A stretch of DNA of 64,000 nucleotides from the human T2T-CHM13v2.0 reference genome, Homo sapiens. Shown here piece after piece: positions 1 to 15,170 of this stretch; position 1 is the first letter of the stretch; each line of letters opens with the position of its first letter. The notes below the pieces were generated by a model. That model was not told the origin of the DNA and searched no databases. It saw only the letters and a list, made by a program, of their open reading frames with translations. A program made the position numbers and the translations under genes. The DNA lies in assembly GCF_009914755.1 (NCBI RefSeq), contig NC_060937.1. One strand, given 5' to 3'.

Positions 1-179
1 TCCCAAGCAGCTGGGATTACAGGCGCCTGCCACCATGCCCGGCAAATTTTTGTATTTTTAGTAGAGATGGGGTTTCACCATGTTGGCCAGGCTGGTCTTG
101 AACTCCTGACCTCAGGTGATCTGCCTGTCTCAGGCTCCCAAAGTGCTGGCATTACAGGCGTGAGCCACCGCGCCTGGCC
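1..179 (-). mobile_element. AluS, cut by window edge
   Basis: Antisense Alu ending gagccaccgcgcctggcc. Confidence 0.9.
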
Positions 180-1014
180 AAAAAAAAAAGTGTTTAACTT
201 AATTTGTGTATGGTTTTTTAAAAAGGCTCATAGAAGGATCAAGTGACCAGTCCTAACTCAATCGTCAGTACTGTATTTCTCTTTCCAATGGGATGTGCTT
301 ATTTTCTGTTTGGAGAGTTGAACTATCCTTTACAGGAAACCTAATATAAACTGTTCAGGTCAAGAAATGTGGTTTGATTCATCAAAAAAATATACTTGCT
401 AGTCCTATTACCTTTAGCTGCACTTTATCGAAATTCGTAAGGATTGCCATGCCTCAGTCTTAGTATAGGCCCATTTCCTTTGCTTTGTTTCATGGATTTA
501 AGGTTGTCATTTAGAAGTTCACTGATGGCTGCTTCTGTCTGCTGATTGAAGAAGTCTCTGAACTAGCAGATCCTTGTGGCTTCTCACCACAAAAAAAAAA
601 TTCCTGACAAAAGAGCTATTAAAAAAACAAGTGTATATTTATTTCATTTGTTTAACTGCTACTACTTAATAGCCACAAAGGATTAATAATAATGTGGGTT
701 TTTAATATAATGAACACAACTGATAATTTGGGAAGGATTCTCTGTTTGTAGAGCCTCTTTATACAAAATAAAAAGGTCAAAAACAACAAATGAAATCATA
801 CCCTTTCTTAAATTGTTTAAATTAGCAGTCTGTTTTTTAAATCAGTTTTTTGTAGTTTGATTACCCAAACCTGGTGGAATTCCAACTTGACTATAAACCC
901 AAAGCAGAAATGATAGTTCCTATAATACACAGTACACAGGAGGGGCTAAAAAACCTGACTAAACAGTAAACCTCCCAACTATTAATACCAGATCCTTCAT
1001 ATATCACTCAGTAT

Positions 1015-1669
<655 letters not shown>

Positions 1670-2044
1670 TGACTTTACATAAAAGAGACCTTCATCTATT
1701 GCTTGGTGTCAACAGAACACTAGAGGAGGACTGGATCATTTCTATGTGGTTGAAAAATTGCAGTCTGTCTCTAAGAACTTGTCCAACAAAACACTCTTCT
1801 CTGCCAAAGTTACGCCTGCCTGGTACCTTTTTCACAAGTGGATCTAGCTTCATTTTCGTTTGGTGAGGCAATGGAGTTTGATGGACAGCTGGTTGTAATC
1901 CAGTGCACAGGTCATGCGCAATGAATTGAGAAATGCTTTTTTAAAAAACTAGTTTTATCTATCTACAGAGACCAGAGACCAACAGAGAATGAGTAGCAGC
2001 TGTTGAAGGTATCTGGGCTAGTTAGTTCCAGTTTTCAGCTATTA

Positions 2045-2341
<297 letters not shown>

Positions 2342-2697
2342 TCATGTACAAATTTTTAATGTGAACTTAAGTTTTTATTTCTCTGGGATAAATAACCAAG
2401 AGTAGTACATCTGCTGGGTTATATGGTAATTACATGTTTAGTTTTGTAATAAAATTCCAAACATTTTTTCAGAGTGGCTACATCATTTTACATTCCACCA
2501 GCATCGTATAAGTAATGCAGTTTCTGCACGTCTTTGCCAAAATTTGATGTTGTCACTTTTGAAATTTTAGCCATTCAGATAGATGTATAGTGATATCTAT
2601 TTGCATTCCCCTGCTGGCTAATGATGTTGAAGATATTTTCATCTGTATATCACCTCTGGTGAAATGTCTCTTCATATGTTTTGCCCATTTCTAATTG

Positions 2698-3174
2698 TCA
2701 TAGATGCAGGAGACAGATAAGGGAGGTCCTGGGAGACCCTCCCACTTGCCCCACAAGTGTTTACACCAGATGCTTTTGTGCAGATGAGAGAACCTGACTA
2801 GCGTTTTGTCTGGGCATGCCTGCAATGGTCTGTACTCGCCTGTGCACTGGGAAGATGGGGTGGAGCCATAGGAAGTTTGTGCCCTGTGCAGTGAGGAGGA
2901 ACCTGGCCTCTTGAGCTCATATGTGGTGGCCTGGTATCCAATCTGTGAGGTGGCCTGGTATCCAGTCTGTGAGGTGGCCTGGTATCCAATCTGTGAGGTG
3001 GGAGCCTATTGACAAGACTTCCTCTCACTTTGCTGAGTATTTTTTTTTCTTTTTTCCTTTTCGCCCAATACTTTCTGCTCCCCTCACCTTTCAGTGTGTC
3101 CATGTGCTTAATCTTTCCTGTCATATGACAAGAACACAGTTTTAGCTGAACTAAGGAACAAAAATTCTGCATCA
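2698..3174 (+). mobile_element. ERV1 solo LTR (MER61/MER83-like) inserted in L1M
   Basis: t(c)atagatgcaggagacag...aattctgcatca; near-TSD attg/gttg; L1 sequence continues across it. Confidence 0.7.
2925..2996. repeat. 24-bp minisatellite x3
   Basis: GGTGGCCTGGTATCCA(A/G)TCTGTGA three times in tandem. Confidence 0.92.
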
Positions 3175-4105
3175 GTTGGATTGTTTGACTCGTTGAGTCT
3201 TGAGAGTTCTTTATATATTTTAGATATTAGTCCTTTGTCAGATATGTGATTTTAAAATATTTCCCCCATCTATAACTTGTCTTTTAATTCTCTTCACATG
3301 AGCTTTCACAGAGTAAAGTTTTAAATTTTGATAAGGTCAAATTTATCAATTTTTGCATTTTTGACATGTGTTTTCCATGTTAGGGCTAAGAATTATACCA
3401 CTAGCCCTAGATGCTAAAGGTTTTTACCTATTTTTGCTAAAATCATTACAGTTTTACATTTTACATTTAAGTCTTTGATTATTTTCAAATTAATCCTTGC
3501 ATAAGATGTGAAGATTAGATTGAGATCCATTTTTTTTTTCTCCTGATAGGTATCCAATTGCTCCAGCACCAACTGGTGAAAAGACCATCATTCTTCTACT
3601 CAGTTGCATTTGAAGCTTTGTCAAAAACCAGTTGAGTATATTGGTGTGGATGTGTTTCTATTCTGTGGATCTCTCTTCCGTTCCATTGATCTATGTGTCT
3701 GTTCCTTTGCCAGTACTACACTGGGTTGACTACCATAGCAATGAAATAAACCTTAAAATCAAACAGAGTAATTCTTCCCACTTTATTCTTCATTGTCAAG
3801 ATTGTTTTAGCTATTTTAGTGCATGTGACTTTCCATACAAATTTTAGAATAAAGGTTGTTTATGTCTGCAAAAAATCTTGCTCACATTTTGATAGGCATT
3901 GCATTAAAACTATAGATTAACTTGGGGAGAATTAAAATCTTTAATACATTGTCTTCCAATCTATGAGCACAGCATGTCCTTCCATTTAATTTTGGTCTTC
4001 TTTAATTCATTTCATTACCATTTTGTACTTTTCAGCATAGTTAAAATATTTTATTAAGCTTATACTTAAGTATTTTATTTTGTTTGGAGCGATTGTAAAT
4101 GGCTT

Positions 4106-4935
<830 letters not shown>

Positions 4936-5179
4936 GTTTTGTGTTTTTTATTTTGATTCTGCCTGTCCATTGTTAGTAGATAGAAATGTGATTGATTTTT
5001 GTGTGTGACTTTGCTAAATTCATTTATTACTTCTAGGAAATTTTTAAAGATTCCTAGAGATTTTGTATGTAGATAATTATGTCATCTGGAAATAGTTTTA
5101 TTTTCTGCACTTCAAACTTTATGCCTTATTTATTTTTCTTGATTTGTTACAGTAGTTAGAACTTCCAGTACTGTGTTGA

Positions 5180-6146
5180 GGCGAGACCCCATCTCTACAA
5201 AAAATAAAAATTAAAAAAACTAGCCAGGTGTTTTGATGCACCCCTGTGGTCTCAGCTACTTGAGAGGCTGAGACAGAAGGTTTGCTTGAGCCCAGGAGGT
5301 CATGAGGCAGGAAATTAAAGAAAGAAAAATAAAATTAAAAAGAGAAAAACAAGCTTTCTATATTAGGCTGACTCATCCTAAAGGCAGTAACAGGCAAAGC
5401 CTGGACCCAGGTGAAGTCTCAATAACATTATCTAAGAAGCCAGAGCTCAAAAGAATGTGATCTGGAGACTCTCTCAGCACTCTCTCAACATAAGGATAAG
5501 GAAAATACATTTTCCTCTCTCATTTAGTATAAGGAAACTTCCCCCTTGAATCCTAACCCCCTCCATGTGATTGTACCTTGCTCTGCAAGTTTTATAATGT
5601 TATAGATTCCTGTTTTCTGTAACTAATAACTTCAAGTGTTCTGTTTTTATCTGAGCAGCACATTGAAGGTTATAAGACATGCCTCAGCAGGCCTGGGCTG
5701 CAGCCATCTAGGCACCATAGTGAGAGTTATGAGATAAGCCCATGCAAGGCACTAGAGCAAGCCTAGATAACAGCCATCTGGGCCACGTAGCAAGAGTTGC
5801 ATGTAATCCTGAGTTATGCACCTGTCACAATTTGATTAACTGCCTTTGTTCTGCCTCTGTATCCTTGCTTTCATGCCACTATGCTTCATGCCACTGTAAG
5901 CTTGTTTCAAGCTAGCCCACCCTCTTTTAGAAGTGTGTGTAAAAGTCAAGTGCTGTCTTTGTTCTGGGCCCGAATTTTGGATGTAAATCCACTGGGTCTG
6001 AGTGCACTAAAAAAAATCCTCCTGTTCCACCTATCGGTCTCTCCAGTCTCCTGATTCCCACAACAGTCAAGGCTACAGTGTGTGGTGTTTTCACCACTGC
6101 ACTCCAGCCTGGGTAATAGAGTGAGACCCCATCTCAAAAAGAAAAA
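5180..6146 (+). mobile_element. 5'-truncated AluJ split by an LTR
   Basis: cccaggaggtca|aggctacagtg is continuous across the 5303-6065 insertion. Confidence 0.8.
5303..6065 (+). mobile_element. ERV solo LTR inserted inside an Alu (subfamily uncertain)
   Basis: TGAGGCAGG...CCCACAACA with 4-bp TSD GTCA (5299-5302 / 6066-6069). Confidence 0.8.
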
Positions 6147-6350
6147 AGATGAAAGATAGTAAAGAGAACATCCCTGCCTTGTTCAGGATCATAGAGGAAA
6201 AGCATTTGGTCTTTTGTCATTGAGTCTAATGTTAGCTGTAGGATTTTGTTGTAGATGCTCTTTATCAAATTCATCTAGTTGAGATAATTCCCTTCTAATC
6301 CTAGTTTGCTAAACATTTTCTTCTTTTTCTTTTGCATTAAAAAAATTGAG

Positions 6351-6804
6351 TGTGGAGGGAAAAGCCACTTCATCTTGGATGCTTAATCTGCCTTGTTGAC
6401 TTCTAATTAAACCCACTCCCTGGAATGCTGCCAAGATTTCTATTTTGTCTACTACTCCTTGTGTAACAGCATGTATTTATCATAAATCCTGCCATTAGAT
6501 CAAAAGAATCTTGATATTATTGTACTTACCATAAGTCCTGCCCTTAAGCAATTGTCCTACACATCCCTTTTGAATCACATATACCCTTTGCCTATGATAT
6601 ATAACCTAGCAGTATGGGGGGTAATGGTTCAGGGCCCCACCATCTTGTTTTGCTGCTGCCTGAGGCACAGACATGACTTCTTTTCCTAAGTTCCTATTAA
6701 ATGTTTCTTTCTGAGAAAATTGATATCTTAGCCTTTTTCTTCAGCCTCTCAGTGTCCTTAGACTATTGGGGGCAGGTTTATACAGACCTGCCCACCATGG
6801 AACA
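6351..6804 (+). mobile_element. 5' LTR of the provirus (ERV1, MER4-group; subfamily uncertain)
   Basis: TG...CA termini (tgtggaggg...ggaaca), TATATAA near 6598, ATTAAA near 6696, PBS follows. Confidence 0.8.
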
Positions 6805-6806
6805 TG

Positions 6807-6825
6807 TGGTGAGCCAGGCCAGAAG
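6807..6825 (+). other. Primer-binding site, tRNA-Arg-like
   Basis: TGGTGAGCCAGGCCAGAAG resembles TGGCGAGCCAGCCAGGAG (complement of the tRNA-Arg(ACG) 3' end), 2 nt after the LTR CA. Confidence 0.65.
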
Positions 6826-7101
6826 CTGAGAGATCAATAAATGGGAAAAGGGTATGTAGCATCCATGGGGGAAATCCCAGCATGGCCATCCATTCCATGT
6901 GGAGTGGTGTGGATCACCTTTTAGACATTTGTGGACCACTGCATGAGAATGAGGATGCCCTGAAAATGCTGGTGGGTTTAGAGCAATTGTTAACTGATAA
7001 CCATCTACCATACTGCTGTAAGGAAGGGTGGTGAGTAGCCACTGTAGTAAGATGTCTGCTTCTACAGGCTGCCTGTTTGGTGATGGGAGCCCACCTAGCA
7101 G

Positions 7102-7636
7102 TGTTGCAGTCATTTCGTCTGAGGTACTACCCGGAGTTCTTTGTCTCATGACCAATAAAATTAAGGAGTGTGGACACCAATGATGAGGTTGGAGCAGAAG
7201 TTTAAAAAGCCAAAGAAGAAAGCTCTCCACAGTGGAGAGCGGGACCTGAGAGGGTTGCCAGCTATGAGACTGAGTCCCAGGTTTTTATGGACTGGAAGGG
7301 GAGGAATGTGCTGACTGATCTGTAGGCTGTCTTGGAGAACCAGTTGGAGGTAGAGGTGAAGGCTTGGCCCAGGACCAATCAGGGGCTGAAGTGATGATTC
7401 ACCATATGTAAATGAAGACTTGGCCTGTGGCCAATCACAGAAAGGTAGGCATATGTAAAGTAGGTGAAAAGTCAGAGCCAAAAAACGAGTGGAATTTGTT
7501 CATCTTGTTTCAGAGTAGACATTTCCATTCAAGGATGTGGGGCCTGCAGTGATTTTCAGGCTGTTCTTTGAAGGAGTTTTACCAAGGAGCCACCCTAACT
7601 GTCTGCCTGACCAGTTTCTTCCTTCCTCCTCTCTCA
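7102..7636 (-). mobile_element. ERV1 solo LTR (LTR27/MER52/LTR1-group-like), nested
   Basis: Reverse complement starts TGAGAGAGGAGGAAGGAAGAAACTGGTCAGG; TSD GCAG (7098-7101 / 7637-7640). Confidence 0.75.
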
Positions 7637-8693
7637 GCAGCAGAAGCAAAATAAAACAGCTTGAGGAGGAATTACCATTAGGAGAGATATATTTTTTAAA
7701 AGACCTCTATAGTCAAAAGTCAAAGACTCTATAGTCAAATTGGTTAAACCTGATATTTGGGCTATGTGTGTATGCATATGTATTGTTTTAAGGCTTCTGC
7801 TCTCACTTTGTAAAACAACTCAGTTGACTGATTTCTCGGTGTTTGTCCATTTACTTCGGTCTGTCCCTCCTTCTTGCCATCCTTTATGCCACATGAGTAG
7901 ATCTTAAAAGGATTTCTAACAATCTGGGATCACTTAAGGAAAACAGAAAAGGTATCAAAGACTTCTTTTTGGGGTTGAACCTCTGTTTTTTTCTTATGGA
8001 ACCCCGAGAATTGTAAGCAGACAGATTCCTCTCAGGTATAAAACCCTGTTCTCTTTTGTATTGCATTACTTGATCTCTTTGGATTTTGAGGATACAAGAA
8101 ATTACTTTGTAAGTTTGAGGACTTGATCTTGCCAAGTGTAATGACTGGTGAGTCACAGGTGAGAGTTACAGCGTTAGAGGTAGCTGAGAGACAGTTCCTT
8201 ATAGTAACTGGTTATTACTACAGGGGCCTACTCATTTCTTTGGGCATTTGAGAAAAGCAAGGTTTAGGCCCTAAAAACTGCATGCTTTCTTTGCCCTATT
8301 CATTAAAGGGCTCCAACCTCAAGTCAGTAATCTAGTTAAGAAACAAGCTAAGTTGAAAAGACACTTTCCCTCAAAATCTTGTCTTCAGATAATGGTGTTT
8401 AAGTCTAAGTTCTGGGTCTTTGATATGTAAATTTTCTACCTTGTTTCACCTGAGTCATGTCTTCAAGAATGACTGATAGTCTAAAAGTGGGAAAGAAACG
8501 ATTTGAAAATTGATGAGTGAAGAATCTTATAAATCTATAAGATCTGCCTGTGTGTGTCTTTATGTCTATATGTATGTATCACTTGTATGAGATATTACAC
8601 TACCAAAATATATGAAAGTGCTTTAATCAATTGGCTTATAGAAAAGTAAGTGCTTAAATAAAATACTTTGTCAGAAAAATAAAAGCCAGCTCA

Positions 8694-9221
8694 TGTTGGG
8701 GCTCAGAAACAAATACCCAAAATATGGTGCATTGCCATGCTGAACTGAAGAAGCCTTGATCAAGGCCTCTCTGACCTCCCCACCACCCAAGGTCTCTCTC
8801 AAAGAAGCTGAAGTTCCTTTATCTGCCTAAAGTCCAGACCCAGCAGAGAAAAAAATTGTTTTTTCTTTACATGGACATAAAGCATGATGGTAAAAAAAAT
8901 TTTTTTTCATCCCTCCCTGTAAGACCAAGAATGCAACCACACCTGAACAGATCTTTCCACTGTCAAAAAGAACTATTTACAAGTAAATCATTCTCCCTAG
9001 TAATCCTCTCAACAGCATTTGTTTTCTCTCCCCTTCCATAACTTGTTTTTGCCAGGATGGTATGTAAGCTTGTAAAACTCACTGGGGAGTTGGGCCTTCA
9101 TTCTGAAGGATCCTGTGTATACATGTTAAATAAATGTATATGCCTTTTCTCCCATTCATATACCTCATGTCAGTGATTTTTCGATGAACCTCCAAAGGGC
9201 CAAATGGCGTTGGCCACTAGA
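8694..9221 (+). mobile_element. MER39/MER34-like solo LTR, nested
   Basis: TGTTGGGGCTCAGAAACAAATACCCAAAATATGG start; AATAAA near 9129; TSD CTCA (8690-8693 / 9222-9225). Confidence 0.75.
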
Positions 9222-9278
9222 CTCAAATGACTTTTAGTTCACATGACTTTAGTAATCATTGATAAATAAAACTAGTTT

Positions 9279-10104
9279 TGTTACCATTTAACCAGGTTCT
9301 TATCCACTGCCCAGATAGAGCCAAACACTGAGACAGCAGGTGTGGTAGTAAAGAAAGACTTTAATTATCACAAGGGAACTGCGGAAGGAGAATGGGAGAT
9401 TTCTCAAAGCTGCCTCCCTGAGAATTCAGAGGCTAGGGTTTTAAGGATAATTTGGTGGGAAGAAGGTTAAGGGATGGGTGTTGCTAATTTGGTCTGGGAT
9501 GAAACCATAGGGGTGTCAGAGCTGTCTTCATGTGCTAAATCAGTTATTGGGCCATGGAGAAGTCATAATACAAGTCAAGTCAGTTCCTTAGTTACCCTCA
9601 TGGGCCACAGGTACAGTTGGCATCAGTTGGTCCAGGCTGTTAGAGGCAAAGTCTGAAAAATATCTCAAAGACCAGTCTTAGGTTTCACAATAGTGTTTGT
9701 GACTGCTGGTTACTATGGAAAAGCAAGCTGGGAAACAATGGTGGGTTATTATATAACCATGACTATAGCTTAGTAGAAAAGTTTGCATGAGGTGAAATCC
9801 CTGGTGGTCAAAGCTGCTCAGCCTTCTCTCTGGTCAGTCCAACTTCTGGAAGCCATAGGGAGGATCTGCATAATCTAAGGATCATTAGTCTTTAAAGAAA
9901 AAACTTCATTAATCTTGTGGGCAGCCTGCCTGGGGTAAGACAAGGAGGTAATAAATTATTAGTGTCTATTGAAGTGACTATATGCAAGCAATCATGCATG
10001 GAGGAGGAAGAGATCTGAGAGAAAGATAAATATCTTAAGAAAATTCATCCCCCTACCATAATTTTAATCTTGTGACCTTTTAAAATTTCATAAAAGTGGT
10101 TTCA
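9279..10104 (-). mobile_element. ERV1 solo LTR (LTR8/LTR26-like), nested
   Basis: tgttacc...ggtttca termini, near-TSD gttt/attt. Confidence 0.6.
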
Positions 10105-10230
10105 ATTTCAAAATTCTCTTCAGTAATTTAAAATCTTGAAGTCATATTATGTTAAATTAAGTAATCCTAGGTTTTTCACTGAAATTAGGGTTACTAAGAG
10201 TTAGAATAGTTGTTAATATATGTAATATTA

Positions 10231-10533
<303 letters not shown>

Positions 10534-11528
10534 CTAATTTTGTCTAGAGGTTAAATGTTTCAAAATGAAGGAAATAAATGATGTAGATAAAAGTTAATGC
10601 ATAAAAAGGAAAAGGATAAACAGGTGAGGAATGAGGAACCTTTGATTCCCGGGTGCCCATGTGATCACCCACGGCATAGAGCTGCTGCACTGCATTCAGT
10701 TACTAAATGTAAAAGTTACCAGTGGAATTTACAGATGAATTCAACTCCTAGAGAGTTGGGCCAATGGATACATAAGGAAATGCACACTAATAACCAAAAT
10801 GTGAAATATTAAATCCCTTGGTTATTGTAAACCAAAAAGTGTCTGAGAAAGACCTCAATCAATTTAGAACTTTATTTTGCAAATGTTGAGGACACACAAG
10901 GGAAAAAAAAGACACAAGTCACAGTAGGATCTGTGGCCTGTGCTTTTTCCAAAGTCTTGAGCACTTCAATATTTAAAGGAAAAAGAGCAAGCAGCAGAGG
11001 AAGGAGGGGAAAAGTGGGGAAGGGTGAACAAGGTGAGTGGTTTGTGTCCTGTTACAAGAGAAAACAGATTCTCATTGAATTTATGCAAATAACTGCACTG
11101 CCACAAATTAAGAATATTCACAGGTAGCTTCCAAATTTTTTTAGAAATCAGGGAGAGAGAAAGAAATATGCTTCAAATTTTGCTTATAAGACTGTACTTT
11201 ACTCAATTGTTAAAAGCTGTAAATAGCTCAAAAGAAAAAAAGTTTTCTTGATTCTGATAAAAAAAAAATCAGCAATGTTTCAAACAAAAAAATCATTGAA
11301 AAATTATTTCAGCCTTCCATTAGTTCAGTCCATGCAGTTAACCCCTGTCCTGCTTGGTACTGAGTCAGCAATCCTTGTGAACATATTAGCTCTTTTTAAT
11401 GAGAGTCCTGGAAGTTTTTTATTCTTTAGTACAATGACACAGTCTCCAAGGTTATCTGAAACCTCCATTTAAGAGCACCCATCAGAGTCCTTTCCATGAA
11501 TTCCCTTAAAGAAGCAAGTTTTATGACC

Positions 11529-11832
11529 TTTTTTTTTTTTTTTTTTTTTTTCCCTAAAACAGAGTCTCGCTGTGTCACCCAGGCTGGAGTGCAGTGGCAC
11601 AATCTTGACTCATGGCAACTTCTGTCACTTGGGTTCAAATGATTCTGGTGCCTCAGCCTCCCGAGTGTCTGGGACTACAGGTGCACGCCGCTGTGCCTAA
11701 TTTTTGTATTTTCAGTAGAGACAGGGTTTGCCGTGTTTGCCAGGCTGGTCTCTAACTCCTGGCCTCAAGTGATCCACCTGCCTTGGCCTCCCAAAGTGCT
11801 AGGATTATAGGCATGAGTCACTACACCAGGCC
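11529..11832 (-). mobile_element. Alu
   Basis: Antisense Alu with poly-T; aagaagcaa-tttta flanking repeat. Confidence 0.9.
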
Positions 11833-12294
11833 AAGAAGCAAATTTTAGATTGTTGCTTTTTAGAAACCACTTTTTGAGAAGAATCAAGGTAAAACAAATA
11901 ATTGTGGATGACAAAAGTCTTAGAACAGCCATGGTTAAAGATACAACTGACCAAGATATTTGGTTAGTTCTGTGGCATAAAACAATTACACATAATGATT
12001 ATTATTATTATTGATAATATGTACTAAAACATATCAGAATTATAGGAATCTCATACACTTTTGGAACATTTACTAATAACACATTTATATAAACATAACC
12101 CAAAGAAAATTAAACACCACTTTATATTTGACAATGGTTCTTGTATGATTGAGCATATCAAATAAGCCAGATATGTCTCTTTTGGACTGCAGGGGACCTA
12201 ATGTCTAAAAAGATAATGAGGTTTAATGACTGAATTTGAAACTTGATTTTGGAAAGTTTGTCAAATATCAAAGGTTTAAAACACATAATGTCAG

Positions 12295-12654
<360 letters not shown>

Positions 12655-12846
12655 TTAGCCAAAATGATAATTCAAAGATTTTTAAAAAGCAAAAACCTTT
12701 ACTCTTTGATAGAGAGGAGACTCAGTTTCTCAAACAATAAGACCTAGTAAAGTCAGCATAAGGCCAACTGAATCTAGCTCTCCTCTCCCTCTCTTTTTTC
12801 TTTTGCAGTTAATTCAAAAGGCAAACAAAAATATTTTACTGTATCT

Positions 12847-13157
<311 letters not shown>

Positions 13158-15127
13158 TAATATTACATGAAAATCTTATTCAAAAGAGAAAACCAAATTT
13201 TACCTTTGCATTCGATATTATTAATGCAAAAGCTACTTTTAATAAAATCTTATAAACAAATTCCTCCTTAGAACTTCTAGACAGAAATTATGTTCCCTTA
13301 AAAAAATCCACATTCCCATGCCTTCTTATAAACCATATTTTTAACTGAAACACATTCTGCTTTTAAAATACACTTTGTATGTATCTAGTAGTTTTAATTA
13401 AATACATTAATTATAATGTTACCTCTTAGTAACTCTTATTTTTGGTGAAAAACCTAGGAGGTTCATAAGTTTATAGACAAGTAGAAGCAAAGTTTTATGT
13501 CTTTAAGCATTTAGCACAGTGTTTAACCTGCCTAACTAGTTTAGATCGAAAGTCTAAATTAAATTCTGGAGATGTTTTTATCAATAACTTAAAAACTAGT
13601 TTTATTTACCAAATATTGCTAAAGTTACATGAACTAAAAGGCATTTGAGTTAAAGTTTCTATTTTTCTGATGAAAAATTTTATTTAAGCACTTACTTTTT
13701 TCTTTAGGCCAATTAATTAGAGCTCTGTTATATATTTTGGTAGTGAAACATCACATACACATGACTTGTGTAAACACATAGACATGCAGGCATAGACAGA
13801 AGCAGATCTTATAGATTTATATGATTGTTCATTTGTCAGCTTTCAAAATATCTCTCCCCCACGTTAGATTATCAATTCTCTTGATAATCTGTTTCATTGC
13901 CCTGGGCAATTGTCAGCTGGACAGCTCAAAATTTGCATTTCTAAACAGACAACTCTTAGGCGAAGCAAAATAGACAATTTGCATTTTCAAAGCACAGAGC
14001 TAACACAGTAGGCCTAAATATTGTACCATCATTTGCTCAAGCCAAGGGAAAAACAATGGTGTAAGTAAATTTTAGTTAAGATGGCCAGGAAAAGTACTTT
14101 AAACAAAGGTATGACTTGTGAATTTAAAGCAATGGGAAGAGTTTCTAATGTACATAGGGAGATACCATTACAAATACAAATTTCCTTGAAGATGTAAATT
14201 TACTTTATGAAAGAGTTTTCAGATAGCCACCTACATGCCTGAAAGTTGTATTTTGGCTTTTTAAACTTAACTTGTTCTCAATTAGATTATTGGCTTTAGG
14301 GTGGAGCCCTTTAATGAATATGAGAAGGAAAATAAGCAGTTTTTATGGCCTGATATTTACATACGTGTGAAGCAAGCATAGCTGGAAGGCAGAACAGATC
14401 CTCCAAAACCAAGGATAACATTTTTACACTCCATCTGTGGTTCCCAAAGAGAGGGGAACACCATGAGACAAGATAGTTCAAAGCTTTTACAGTGTTCCTC
14501 GCTGCAAGGATATTCTGTTCTCCCAAGGATGGTGGGCGACCCAATGCCAATCAGCCGATTCTGTGATCATCTCATCCCCCACAGGAGACTTGTCTCTCAG
14601 TCAGGAGTGGGGATGTTTCCATAGCTTCTACATGCCCCAAAGCTCACTTTTCTCATACACATGCACAAGGAAATGAGTAAAACAATGTGGTCATAACTAC
14701 TCACTGTAAGCCTCTGCCATCAGCCATTTCTAAAAGTGTATTTCTTATCTACCTATTGTATACACCAAAGTTATTTTCTCATGATGCAAAGTAATTTAAG
14801 TCCCCCCAAAAGTAAAACAAAATCAGGTAACACAATGCAAAAGAGAATAGAGTTTTATTAGATATGAGTTAATTGGTCTGCTTACAACTCCTGGGATGAC
14901 ATAAAGAAAAACAGATTTCTTTCAAGCAGAGAAGTCTTTGGTGCCTTTTCTGTCTCCCCAGTGGATCCCAGGCTGTCAGAAATTCCTTTTTTTCTTCTTT
15001 TTTTTTTTTTTTTTAGGTGCTTCGTATGGCATTGAGGGTGGCAAGAGAAAGGAGGGACAGGCAGAAGTAAACGGAGAAACAATTTAGCTGACAAAAAGTT
15101 TTTACAAAGAGAGAACAGAGGCTTAAA

Positions 15128-15132
<5 letters not shown>

Positions 15133-15166
<34 letters not shown>
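15133..15166. repeat. (GT)n microsatellite
   Basis: About 17 GT units. Confidence 0.95.

Positions 15167-15170
<4 letters not shown>

Noticed and set aside
2798-3172. 124-aa ORF with (RPPHRLDT) repeats
   Set aside because: By-product of the 24-bp repeat inside an LTR; three units with no spacers, so not CRISPR-like either.
6778-7481. 150-aa and 106-aa minus-strand ORFs
   Set aside because: Lie in or across LTR/internal sequence; no recognisable domain.
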